Of a stretch of 64,000 bases of DNA, positions 31,931 through 40,944 are shown in pieces (the stretch's first letter is position 1; each line of letters begins with the position of its first letter). Source of the stretch: a virus. The notes under the pieces were generated by a model, which worked only from the letters and a program-made list of their open reading frames with translations, was not told the DNA's origin and ran no database searches. The stretch spans positions 3,201 through 67,200 of the IMG/VR virus record IMGVR_UViG_3300042868_005676. One strand, written 5' to 3'. A program made the position numbers and the translations under genes.

Positions 31931-32898
31931 TCCAAATAGACAAGGAGAAATCTTACGAGGAATGGCTTGCGTTCAGAGAACGTGGTTTAGGTGCTTCTGA
32001 AATTGGCACTCTTATGGGTGTCAATTCTTGGAAGTCTCCGGCTGAGTTGTATTATCAAAAGATAGGAATAATTCCTCAGAAGCAAGTGCAGAATATGCCG
32101 ATGTTTATGGGAACTATTCTTGAGCAAACTGTTGCAGACATATTTGAACATTGGGAGAAGGACGAGGCTACAATGATTAAGAACTTCGGTGAAGGTAAGA
32201 AGGTTAGACAACTATATGAACCAGTAGGTTATATTGTCAATCCTTTATACCCACATCTATTCTTTTCTCCAGACAGACTAATTACAACAAAGGATATCAG
32301 AGTTCGCAACTCAAAAATTAATCTTGAGAACGTAGAAGCCATTGCTGAAATTAAAACCATAAACGGCTGGTCTGCTAAACAATGGGAAGGTGGAATTCCT
32401 CCGTCTTACTATTTACAATTGCAAACTTACTTATTGGGTCTCGGAGTTCAAAAAGGATATCTTGTTGTCTTAAAGGACGGAAGAGACTTTAGTGTACATG
32501 AGTTCGATGCCGATGAGGAAATGATTGACTCGATTATCAATATCACAACTGATTTTTGGAAAAGAGTTGAGTTAGGTAGAGAAGCATATAAAAACGGAGG
32601 AGACTATGATCAGTATGCTCCACCACCAGACGGTACAGAAGCATTTGCTGAGTACTTAACTGAAAGGTATGCTAATCCGGAAGATAAAAGTATTGCTTCG
32701 AGTGTAGAGATTGATAACTATATAGCTCAATACTTGGAACTTGGCGGAAAAATTGCCGAGTTGGAAGATGAGAAAAGAGAGGCTTCCAATATGATTAAGA
32801 ACCATATGGGTAACTATGCTTTGTTAAACTCTGACATAGCGAAAGTTACGTGGAGACCTAACAAGAATGGTTCACGTGTATTTAGGATAAATGGCTAA
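31915..32898 (+). CDS. YqaJ/lambda-type recombination exonuclease
   Basis: EWLAFRERGLGASE, SPD, EIKT and YYLQLQTYL motifs. Confidence 0.9.
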   Translation: MGLQIVQIDKEKSYEEWLAFRERGLGASEIGTLMGVNSWKSPAELYYQKIGIIPQKQVQNMPMFMGTILEQTVADIFEHWEKDEATMIKNFGEGKKVRQLYEPVGYIVNPLYPHLFFSPDRLITTKDIRVRNSKINLENVEAIAEIKTINGWSAKQWEGGIPPSYYLQLQTYLLGLGVQKGYLVVLKDGRDFSVHEFDADEEMIDSIINITTDFWKRVELGREAYKNGGDYDQYAPPPDGTEAFAEYLTERYANPEDKSIASSVEIDNYIAQYLELGGKIAELEDEKREASNMIKNHMGNYALLNSDIAKVTWRPNKNGSRVFRING

Positions 32899-33178
32899 AG
32901 GAGACAAAGAATGGTACAAGAGTATGTGGTCAACACGACAGAATCATCAGTGCGAAGAGTGTGGGACTCATCTTCCACATTTCTCACCGATGTTCGTGTC
33001 GCATATAATTACGAAAGGAAGTTATCCGAGTTTGAGACAACATCCCGAAAATTGGATGTTATACTGTATGCAATGTCATCAGAAGTGGGAGTTTGGGAAG
33101 AGGACGGAGATGAAGACATATGCGAGGGCGATGGAGATTACTGATAAGTTAAAAAGAGAATATCATGAATCACGGTAG
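32891..33178 (+). CDS. HNH/NinG-like Zn-binding nuclease
   Basis: CEECG...SHII...N...CMQCH. Confidence 0.7.
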   Translation: MAKGDKEWYKSMWSTRQNHQCEECGTHLPHFSPMFVSHIITKGSYPSLRQHPENWMLYCMQCHQKWEFGKRTEMKTYARAMEITDKLKREYHESR

Positions 33179-34100
33179 TTTATTTAGTGGCATTGGAGGA
33201 TTTGACTTGGCAGCCGAGTGGATGGGTTGGGAAAACAAGTTCCATTGCGATATTAATCCGTTTAGTAGAAAATTATGTAGTTTTTATTGGCCTGAGGCCG
33301 AATCATATGACAACATCAAGACAACAGACTTTAGAAAATGGAGAGGAACAATTGATGTCCTCTCAGGGGGATTTCCATGCCAGCCCTTTAGTACCGCTGG
33401 AAAAAGATTGGGAAAAGAAGATGACCGCCATCTTTGGCCCTATATGCTCCAAGCAATCAAAGACATCAGACCAAGATATGTCGTGGGGGAGAATGTTCGT
33501 GGACTCCTTAGTTGGTCGGACGGATTGGTTCTCGAAGAGGTGTATGCTGACTTGGAAGGTGAGGGATACGAAATCCAAACGTTTGTACTTCCAGCTGTCG
33601 GCATCAACGCTCCACACAAAAGAGACAGGGTCTGGATTATTGCTAAAGACACCAGCAGCGATGGACGGGTACAGCGAGAATCTGAGCAAGAAGGAACAAG
33701 TATTCGGGAATTCGGGAACACTGGCTCAAGAAGTAGCAACGGGGTTCATATACAAGAGGGGTCTACTGCCGACACCGAACAGTTACGATTGGAACACGGC
33801 AGCAAAACCAGAGACGTATTTGGCTCGGTCTCAGAGACACAAGGACAAGAACGTAAATCTTCAAATGAGTCTAAGACAGATGACTATGTTTATACCGAAC
33901 AAGGTGGACCATCCGAAGCTTGGGACTGCTTCCCAATTAAATCCCCACTTTGTAGCGGAGATGATGGGCTTCCCCTTGAATTGGACGGACTTACCTTTCC
34001 TAAGTGGAGAAAAGAAAGTATAATGGGATATGGCAATGCCATTGTTCCTCAAATCGCATATCGTATATTTGAAACTATAAATGAACTCAAAAATAAATAA
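33165..34100 (+). CDS. C5-cytosine DNA methyltransferase, alpha chain (motifs I-VIII and X)
   Basis: SLFSGIGG, GGFPCQPFS, GENV, APHKRDRVWI and GYGNAIVP present; motif IX absent in this frame. Confidence 0.9.
   Translation: MNHGSLFSGIGGFDLAAEWMGWENKFHCDINPFSRKLCSFYWPEAESYDNIKTTDFRKWRGTIDVLSGGFPCQPFSTAGKRLGKEDDRHLWPYMLQAIKDIRPRYVVGENVRGLLSWSDGLVLEEVYADLEGEGYEIQTFVLPAVGINAPHKRDRVWIIAKDTSSDGRVQRESEQEGTSIREFGNTGSRSSNGVHIQEGSTADTEQLRLEHGSKTRDVFGSVSETQGQERKSSNESKTDDYVYTEQGGPSEAWDCFPIKSPLCSGDDGLPLELDGLTFPKWRKESIMGYGNAIVPQIAYRIFETINELKNK
33187..34023 (+). CDS. Nested +1-frame methyltransferase beta chain (TRD plus motif IX); true start uncertain
   Basis: 278-codon stop-free frame ending QLNPHFVAEMMGFPLNWT (motif IX-like), with LLKTP/LLPTP repeats. 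Confidence 0.7.
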   Translation: MALEDLTWQPSGWVGKTSSIAILIRLVENYVVFIGLRPNHMTTSRQQTLENGEEQLMSSQGDFHASPLVPLEKDWEKKMTAIFGPICSKQSKTSDQDMSWGRMFVDSLVGRTDWFSKRCMLTWKVRDTKSKRLYFQLSASTLHTKETGSGLLLKTPAAMDGYSENLSKKEQVFGNSGTLAQEVATGFIYKRGLLPTPNSYDWNTAAKPETYLARSQRHKDKNVNLQMSLRQMTMFIPNKVDHPKLGTASQLNPHFVAEMMGFPLNWTDLPFLSGEKKV

Positions 34101-34374
34101 AAGACAATATCTCCGCTATATGAAAACATTTGTATGGGCGAGTAAGCAGAGCATAGATACTTTGCTACAGATCAACAAGAAGGGAGTTATGGAAAACTAC
34201 CCTGTAATTGCCAACACGGTTGAAGACTCTATTAATTATGTGGAGACTGGGGACGGCCTCAGAACAACCAATGTAAGCATGACTGACGTATACGCTATAA
34301 TGGAAGTACTAAAACACAGAGAACATGAATCATCTACAAACACTCCGCCAGAGACTGAAGAGAATAGAGATTGA
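34081..34374 (+). CDS. Hypothetical protein
   Basis: ORF coupled to the MTase gene. Confidence 0.45.
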   Translation: MNSKINKRQYLRYMKTFVWASKQSIDTLLQINKKGVMENYPVIANTVEDSINYVETGDGLRTTNVSMTDVYAIMEVLKHREHESSTNTPPETEENRD

Positions 34375-34546
34375 AATAGAACTACTAGGGAACATTCCTT
34401 GGATATATCTATACAGCGTAAATGGTAACCCTATTCTCAAGAAGGACTGGAACGATAACCATGGCTTCACAGTTGCCTATTACAATTGGGAAATAGAACT
34501 TACTGATACCAAACGTATCTTCGAAGTAATAAGAAAATACAAATAA
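34325..34546 (+). CDS. Hypothetical protein
   Basis: IELLGNIPWIYLYSVNG; last gene of the operon. Confidence 0.5.
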   Translation: MNHLQTLRQRLKRIEIEIELLGNIPWIYLYSVNGNPILKKDWNDNHGFTVAYYNWEIELTDTKRIFEVIRKYK

Positions 34547-34582
34547 ACTTGCTTAGTAGGGAATAAAGACTATATTTGCAGC

Positions 34583-34643
34583 ATAGTGTTCCCCCGACAC
34601 TATAAACGTTCAGTTAAAGGCCATCTTCACAGGTGGCTTTTTT
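34583..34643 (+). ncRNA. Candidate ~60-nt small RNA
   Basis: TTG-N19-TATATTTG promoter (34549-34578), ATAGTGT/ACACTAT hairpin, then GGCCATC/GGTGGCT-T6 terminator. Confidence 0.5.
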
Positions 34644-34679
34644 ATGCTCTGTATTGTGGATAAAATGTTACTAGGCTCA

Positions 34680-34840
34680 AAAAATACGGGGGTAAGACAA
34701 AATAGCCCCCCCATAAAATCTAGAAATTAAAAATAGCCCCCCTGGGTTAAATTCTGAAATATAAAATTTGTGCGAGGGGTGGTGGTAATACGTACCAATC
34801 CAGGGGAGGGTGCGTCCAAAAAAAACACTCCCCTATGCCA
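34680..34840. repeat. G/C-run direct repeats in the longest non-coding gap; possible origin or genome terminus
   Basis: AAAATAGCCCCCCC twice (~34699 and ~34730) plus GGGG runs. Confidence 0.45.
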
Positions 34841-35248
34841 TCTTTAGCCTTGCAAATCACAAAAGCAAACTTAATTTGTGCCTCATTTTATTTGAATTTA
34901 AAATGCATAAAGAATCTAAACCAATGTACGCACGATAAAAATGTGTATACAATTGGTCAATCGTATACAACACAACAATAAAAAATAAATCTTATTGCAT
35001 TGGTGACAATAACGCAATGCAAAATAAAAAATCTTTGCATTCATTATCAGTAATTATCCATCCATTTTTACCCTTTCAAATTTCCTTCATTCAATCCCAA
35101 CAATTCGAATTTTTTTTGTCTCACTGCGAACCCAATATTCACCAAATGAAATTCATAATCATTCTAAACAACATATTCAAATCATTAAACTACAATACTT
35201 TAGCCCTATGAATTTTATTTATAATCATTCTAAATTACATACTGCCTA

Positions 35249-35280
35249 TTGACAAATTGAAATCTATAGCTTTATCTTCG
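35249..35280 (+). promoter_or_regulatory. Promoter of the early gene block
   Basis: TTGACA ... TATCTTCG (variant of the Bacteroidota -7 TAnnTTTG). Confidence 0.45.
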
Positions 35281-35301
35281 TGGCATCAAATCGAAATAAT
35301 T

Positions 35302-35601
35302 ATGAAGTTTACAATAGAAACCCAAAATGATTTGTTTAATCAAATCACAGAAATTTTATCAGACCACTTTGATAATGTAACAGATGTAACTTACCACAAT
35401 GATGCAAGGATGTCACTAAGTATAAATGAATATATTCTATTTATGCCCAACTCATTAATTACAGACTACGACAAAGAATGTGTGAATTACTATAGACTAA
35501 TGTTAGATGAAGATTACGGCATTTTTAATGAAGAAGCATATACATTTAGTTCAACTTCATTTGAAGATATCATTAGCGAATTAAACAATATAATCAAATA
35601 A
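35302..35601 (+). CDS. Acidic early protein
   Basis: ATG at 35302, D/E-rich. Confidence 0.5.
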   Translation: MKFTIETQNDLFNQITEILSDHFDNVTDVTYHNDARMSLSINEYILFMPNSLITDYDKECVNYYRLMLDEDYGIFNEEAYTFSSTSFEDIISELNNIIK

Positions 35602-35602
35602 T

Positions 35603-35776
35603 ATGAACAACAAGAAACAGACCATCGTTATCAGTTTACTGACATTAGTAATTTCCTTATTGCTTATTGTCTTAACTGCATTATCATTTCGTGTACCTAT
35701 GTTCTTCTTCTATGTGGGATTCATAGGTTGTGTTATGTCCTCCCTTAGTATTGTAGTAACTAAATTCAATTTGTAA
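35603..35776 (+). CDS. Small two-TM membrane protein (57 aa)
   Basis: Manual translation MNNKKQTIVISLLTLVISLLLIVLTALSFRVPMFFFYVGFIGCVMSSLSIVVTKFNL. Confidence 0.5.
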   Translation: MNNKKQTIVISLLTLVISLLLIVLTALSFRVPMFFFYVGFIGCVMSSLSIVVTKFNL

Positions 35777-35816
35777 TCTGAGACCCAAAGCAAACTATCA
35801 TAAACCAACAAAAAAC

Positions 35817-36533
35817 ATGAAAAAGATAATTTTTAGAACAGCAAATGTGATTACTATAATCACGATTGGTAAAACAAGCAATAAGAAAATTGCAGACAGC
35901 ACAGAAACAATTGTTCAAACGTCACATTTCAGCAGAGAGCAATTTGAAATTGCACAAAGTAAAACAAGTATGCGAGAATTTTTTAATGCAGACGGCAAAG
36001 TATGTATGGACTGCCCATTTGCAGTAAGTAACGGAGCAAAATTGAGTGCTTGTTATACGCACAAAATGATGCAATATTCGGGCTTTCTTTCTACATTAAG
36101 AAGTACAGCAAAATTGTATCCTACATTTGAATCAATACCAAATTTGTCGATGGCTTTGTATAATACCATTGTATCAGTATGTGAAGGTAGATTTGTGAGA
36201 TTCGGAACATATGGAGAGCCAACATTATTACCTATTATGTTGGTTGCTGACATCTGTAATGTTGCTAAGAATTGGACGGGTTATACTCACCAATGGCGAA
36301 AAGATGATTCATTTGCTCCTTTCTTTATGGCATCTGTACATAGTGCAGAAGAAGAAAGAATTGCTTCTCTTGTGGGTTATAGATCCTTTGTTGTATCTGA
36401 GACCCGAATCCCTGGTTTTATACCTTGTCCGGCAAGTATTGAGCAAGGTTTTAGAAGTAATTGCAGTAAGTGTAATTTGTGCAGTGGTACAAATGGCAAA
36501 GGTAAAAAATCAGTTAACATATTAAACCATTAA
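35817..36533 (+). CDS. Cys-rich putative Fe-S protein (phage gp88-like/radical-SAM-derived)
   Basis: CMDCPF...ACY, RFGTYGEP, GYTHQW, CPAS...CSKCNLC. Confidence 0.55.
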   Translation: MKKIIFRTANVITIITIGKTSNKKIADSTETIVQTSHFSREQFEIAQSKTSMREFFNADGKVCMDCPFAVSNGAKLSACYTHKMMQYSGFLSTLRSTAKLYPTFESIPNLSMALYNTIVSVCEGRFVRFGTYGEPTLLPIMLVADICNVAKNWTGYTHQWRKDDSFAPFFMASVHSAEEERIASLVGYRSFVVSETRIPGFIPCPASIEQGFRSNCSKCNLCSGTNGKGKKSVNILNH

Positions 36534-36546
36534 AAAAACTATCATC

Positions 36547-37203
36547 ATGACAAAAAAATTAAACATATTAATTGCTTGTGAGTATTCGGGAGCAGTAAGA
36601 CAAGCATTCAGAAAATTAGGTCATAACGCAATTTCTTGCGACCTATTAGAAGCCGAAGACAATTCACCTTATCATCACCAAGGTAATGTATTCGACATAA
36701 TCGACAAAAATCCTTTAAACGGAGAAAAATGGGATTTAATGATTGCCCATCCACCATGTACGGATCTTGCAGTAAGTGGTAGCAGATGGTTTCCCGAAAA
36801 GATTGCAGACGGCAGACAAGAAAGAGCACTTCAATTTGTTCGTGACCTCATGAACGCACCAATTGAACATATTCTGATTGAGAATCCAATTTCGGTTATC
36901 TCCAGTAAGATTAAAAAACCCGATCAGATTATACAGCCTTGGCAGTTTGGCGATCCATTTCAAAAATCAACTTGTTTGTGGCTTAAAAACCTTCCTTTGT
37001 TAACCCACACTAAAATTGTAGACAAAGGAGAATTTAAAGAATGGATCGATAAAAAGACCGGGAAAACTAAACGCCAAGCAACATGGTATTATGAAGCTTT
37101 TAAACGAGGCAAAGAAAACAGATGGAAAGATAGATCTCGCACCTTTCAAGGAATTGCAGATGCCATTGCAGACCAATACAGCAAGTACTTAACAGAAAAG
37201 TAA
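36547..37203 (+). CDS. Short C5 DNA methyltransferase-like protein
   Basis: LIACEYSG, AHPPCT, IENP, QPWQFG and KSTCLW motifs. Confidence 0.75.
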   Translation: MTKKLNILIACEYSGAVRQAFRKLGHNAISCDLLEAEDNSPYHHQGNVFDIIDKNPLNGEKWDLMIAHPPCTDLAVSGSRWFPEKIADGRQERALQFVRDLMNAPIEHILIENPISVISSKIKKPDQIIQPWQFGDPFQKSTCLWLKNLPLLTHTKIVDKGEFKEWIDKKTGKTKRQATWYYEAFKRGKENRWKDRSRTFQGIADAIADQYSKYLTEK

Positions 37204-37293
37204 AAAAATTATTTAAAATTATTAGGAATTATAAAAAGATTAACTATATTTGCAAAACAATCCACAAACAATAAACAAAATAAACACATAGAT

Positions 37294-37560
37294 ATGAGCA
37301 CAATTTTAGTAAAAAACGCAATCGAGATTATCAAAAGTAAAAAGTTTTTCTCGGCATCCTTTGTAAAGAAGGACGGAACAATACGCCACATTCACGGTAA
37401 GTATGGTGTAAAAAAACATCTTAAAACTGGTGCAAAGGCACAAGCATATAACCCAACAGAAAGAGGTTATCTTACTATCTGGGATTTAAAAAAGAAAGAA
37501 TATCGTCTATTGAATACTCAAACTATCATCACCATCAATCACCAATTAATCAACAAATAA
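37294..37560 (+). CDS. SH3/Sm-like (WYL_2-type) beta-barrel protein
   Basis: FVKKDGTIR...TIWDLKKKEYR; TATATTTG promoter at ~37246. Confidence 0.65.
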   Translation: MSTILVKNAIEIIKSKKFFSASFVKKDGTIRHIHGKYGVKKHLKTGAKAQAYNPTERGYLTIWDLKKKEYRLLNTQTIITINHQLINK

Positions 37561-37561
37561 T

Positions 37562-37801
37562 ATGACTAAATTAGATTATTTTAAACAAGAATTACATTCG
37601 GCAATTCAAGAGAATGCAGAAATAAAAGAGCAAATCTTAGATATTTACAACTTATGTATGTCTGAGTCAGAAGATCCATCCACCTCTTTAGATCATGAAA
37701 TTGATTTAGGTTTAGAGTCTCTGAAACAATTGTTAGAAGACAACAAAGAAATTAACCAAGGTTTAACTGACTGGGAAACACAACACGAAAGGGAATTATA
37801 A
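37562..37801 (+). CDS. Acidic early hypothetical protein
   Basis: ORF in a tightly packed operon. Confidence 0.5.
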   Translation: MTKLDYFKQELHSAIQENAEIKEQILDIYNLCMSESEDPSTSLDHEIDLGLESLKQLLEDNKEINQGLTDWETQHEREL

Positions 37802-37802
37802 T

Positions 37803-38279
37803 ATGAGAAACACTATAGAAAACTTGTCGGTAGATTATGACCACTTTGCCGAAAATCCATTATTGTTAGATGAGAACATTACACCGGTTATGTTTCACAA
37901 GAGATATGACTTACCGAATCCATTAGGATTAAATCACGAAGACTTTAATTCTTGGGACGAATTAGAAAGCCACTTAAAAGAAAAATTCAAAAATGTACAA
38001 AAAGTATATATGTATGATCATTCTGGATTAGCGTTTAGAACAGAGCCTTTCCCTGATCAATGGGACTCAGGTGTGGTAGGTTTCCTATGTTCAGATGATA
38101 TCGAAGATATGTCTCAAGACTTGCAGATGTTTGAACATTACACGAATGGAAGTTGCTATCTCATACAAGTTAACGAAGATATGTACACCCTTTATGGATT
38201 TGGTGAGATGATCAAAGATTTAGAAATAGAACACGAATGTACTGACGAAGAAATAAAAGATTTAATAAAACAACTATAA
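37803..38279 (+). CDS. Acidic early hypothetical protein
   Basis: YMYDHSGL...WDSGVVG motif recurrent in phage early genes. Confidence 0.55.
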   Translation: MRNTIENLSVDYDHFAENPLLLDENITPVMFHKRYDLPNPLGLNHEDFNSWDELESHLKEKFKNVQKVYMYDHSGLAFRTEPFPDQWDSGVVGFLCSDDIEDMSQDLQMFEHYTNGSCYLIQVNEDMYTLYGFGEMIKDLEIEHECTDEEIKDLIKQL

Positions 38280-38464
38280 AACAAAACTATGAACTACACT
38301 ACAGAAGAAATTGATTTGATGCTGGATGCATTAAACGATGCAATTGACGAATTAGATTTGACCTTAGGAATTTTAGATGATAAAGAGCAGAGAGATGCTT
38401 ACATCGAACAACTAAAACAATTAGACAAAATAGTAAACTTATTAAACGATTTAAAAAACACATT

Positions 38465-39103
38465 ATGACAACAAAAGAATTAATATACTCTATGCTTGTA
38501 GAGAACACCGGCTCACATATGTTAGATAGTGGTGGTGCTTACGGACGTGCTTGGGAACGTAACCAAGGAAAGACTATTGAAGACTTCGAACGTGAACCAG
38601 AGGAACGTATTGTTTGGACTGGGAATTATTTAGAACGTACCGTGTCTGTCTTTCATTATCTATCACATTTATATACCGATGCTATATGTAATCAGTTTAA
38701 TAGAATGCCATGCTTAGATTGGGATGCCGATGGAGATGTTTATGGGGTATCTGAGTCCCAATGGAATTGGCTTAATGATTTAGGAGATGTTGAACTTATA
38801 GAAGGTTTCAATACATATAACGGGGACTCAGACCTATCTCAAATCCTCCAAGGATCATGGCTTAAAATTAACGATGAGCAGTATTTACTTCTTCAAATTC
38901 ATGGAGGTTGTGATGCACGTGGTGGATACACTGATGCAAAACTATTCAAGCCAGAAGAAGAATATCGTATCCACGAATATCTACAAGAGTACATGGATAG
39001 CCGTGATCTTGAAGATAACATCAAACAAGATTATGCCGTTGTGCATGATCAAGAAGGTAATGTTATGGACAACAAAGAACTATTAGAACTATTAAATAAA
39101 TAA
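38465..39103 (+). CDS. Early hypothetical protein
   Basis: ENTGSHMLDSGGAYGRAW, NTYNGDSDLSQ, QIHGGCDARGGYT. Confidence 0.6.
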   Translation: MTTKELIYSMLVENTGSHMLDSGGAYGRAWERNQGKTIEDFEREPEERIVWTGNYLERTVSVFHYLSHLYTDAICNQFNRMPCLDWDADGDVYGVSESQWNWLNDLGDVELIEGFNTYNGDSDLSQILQGSWLKINDEQYLLLQIHGGCDARGGYTDAKLFKPEEEYRIHEYLQEYMDSRDLEDNIKQDYAVVHDQEGNVMDNKELLELLNK

Positions 39104-39127
39104 ACAATTTAAAAACAACATAAAAAC

Positions 39128-39487
39128 ATGGGACGTTATTATTCAGGGGACATCGAAGGCAAGTTTTGGTTCGCTGTCCAATCATCAGATTGTGCTGACC
39201 GTTTTGGTAGCATTGGCAATACACCTTTTTACATTGAATACTATTTCGATACCGACCATTTGTCGGGAGTAAAAGAAGAAATTCAAAACATAGAACAATT
39301 TTTAGGAGATAAAAAAGAAAAGTTAGATCACTTCTTTGCAGAAAGAAATGGTTATACCGATTCTGATCTTGAGGAAATAGGCATCAGCAAACAAGATTTA
39401 AAAGAGTATGCTGACTTACTAATGGGTTATGAAATTAGAGATTGTATTGAGGACACTGGGGCGTGTGGTTTTACTGCTGAGACATAA
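39128..39487 (+). CDS. Early hypothetical protein
   Basis: MGRYYSGDIEGKFWFAVQSS. Confidence 0.6.
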   Translation: MGRYYSGDIEGKFWFAVQSSDCADRFGSIGNTPFYIEYYFDTDHLSGVKEEIQNIEQFLGDKKEKLDHFFAERNGYTDSDLEEIGISKQDLKEYADLLMGYEIRDCIEDTGACGFTAET

Positions 39488-39509
39488 TAAACAATTTAAA
39501 AACAAATAT

Positions 39510-39755
39510 ATGAGACAAGTAATAATTAAAGTACAACGTACTTACACCAAAGAAGCAGAGGTAATTATTGAATTGCCCGACAATGTAGTAATCGACTACG
39601 TAGATGATTATCTACTTGCAAATCAAGGATTGTATGAGAATAGAATTCAATATGCAATGGATAAGCAAGAACATTCTTTTGATGATGAAACAATACGCTA
39701 TGATGTTACCGAAGAAGTAACTGAAGTTAGACATATCTGGGGAGGTACATTATGA
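39510..39755 (+). CDS. Early hypothetical protein
   Basis: ATG at 39510 after an A-rich leader. Confidence 0.5.
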   Translation: MRQVIIKVQRTYTKEAEVIIELPDNVVIDYVDDYLLANQGLYENRIQYAMDKQEHSFDDETIRYDVTEEVTEVRHIWGGTL

Positions 39756-40036
39756 CAAAGAAAGAACTAATTAAATTGCTTTTGGGGAGGTATCCAAAAA
39801 TGCATATTATGGTAGATGGTAACGGATGGGTCTCAGAATCTGATGATAGTTTTGCCATCAGCACAGAACACGATGTTATGGCATCCAATGGTTATGATTT
39901 ATTCAACTATTGGACAGAAAACTACACAGACTTTGAGTTCGGTGTTCACAACGAACTAATAAGTTTATTGGAAGATAACGGATGGTATCCAGAATGGGTT
40001 AATCCAGGGGTATTAGGAATACATAAAAATATTTAA
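39752..40036 (+). CDS. Early hypothetical protein
   Basis: ATGA overlap with the upstream gene. Confidence 0.5.
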   Translation: MTKKELIKLLLGRYPKMHIMVDGNGWVSESDDSFAISTEHDVMASNGYDLFNYWTENYTDFEFGVHNELISLLEDNGWYPEWVNPGVLGIHKNI

Positions 40037-40052
40037 TATACGGAGGTAACAA

Positions 40053-40676
40053 ATGAAAACATTAGAATTATTCGCTGGTAGCCGTTCAATCGGTAAGGTG
40101 TGTAATGAGTTAGGGCACAAGGTGTTCTCCTCAGATTGGGAGCAATTTGACGGCATAGACTATGCTGTAGACATTAACAAGTTTGATACTTCTCAAGTAC
40201 CATTCATTCCGGATGTTATATGGGCATCTCCTCCTTGTACTACATTCTCTGTTGCTTCTATAGGTAAGCATTGGGATATGAATCGGAGACCCAAAACTGA
40301 ATCTGCTCTTATGGGTTTGCAAATCCTTAAGAAAACTATTTCAATTATTGAATTCTACATGAAGTACAATCCAAATCTTATTTGGTACATCGAGAATCCT
40401 CGTGGTATGATGAGGAAGGTAAATGTATGGGACAGCATTCAGCATATACGTCAAACCGTGACCTATTGTCAGTACGGAGATACACGCATGAAACCTACAG
40501 ATATTTGGACAAATAACTTTGCTTGGAAACCTCGTATGGCTTGTAAGAATGGAGACCCTTGCCATATCTCTGCTCCTCGTGGTAGCAGTACTGGTACTCA
40601 AGGCTTGAAAGGATCTTATATTCGGTCTCAGATTCCTTATGAGTTATGTTTGGAAATAGTTAAGAGTTGTTTATGA
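40053..40676 (+). CDS. Short C5 DNA methyltransferase
   Basis: LELFAGS, WASPPCT, IENP, YCQYG and KPTDIW motifs. Confidence 0.8.
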   Translation: MKTLELFAGSRSIGKVCNELGHKVFSSDWEQFDGIDYAVDINKFDTSQVPFIPDVIWASPPCTTFSVASIGKHWDMNRRPKTESALMGLQILKKTISIIEFYMKYNPNLIWYIENPRGMMRKVNVWDSIQHIRQTVTYCQYGDTRMKPTDIWTNNFAWKPRMACKNGDPCHISAPRGSSTGTQGLKGSYIRSQIPYELCLEIVKSCL

Positions 40677-40944
40677 TAGTTAGTTCGTATTATAACATCC
40701 CAAGTGATATTAAGCTACCAAATTCACTTGCCGAGTCAGACATGATTTTGCATGATTTAGCACTCAGAAAGATAGGAGAAGATTTGTATGCAATCGATAT
40801 GACATTGGTGGTTGATGACCAGTTTAATTTTATGACTGAAATCACCACAGATAAAGAATTGGTAAACAACTGGTTTGGTATGTTTACTATAGGAGAAAAC
40901 ACAATTAAAAAATGCTTAGAAATATTTTTAAAAAGATTTGAATC

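Noticed and set aside
36211-36525. Alternative-frame ORFs inside 35817..36533, 32891..33178 and 38465..39103 as further nested genes
   Set aside because: Unlike the MTase beta frame they are short, carry no recognisable motif and complement nothing missing from the host ORF.
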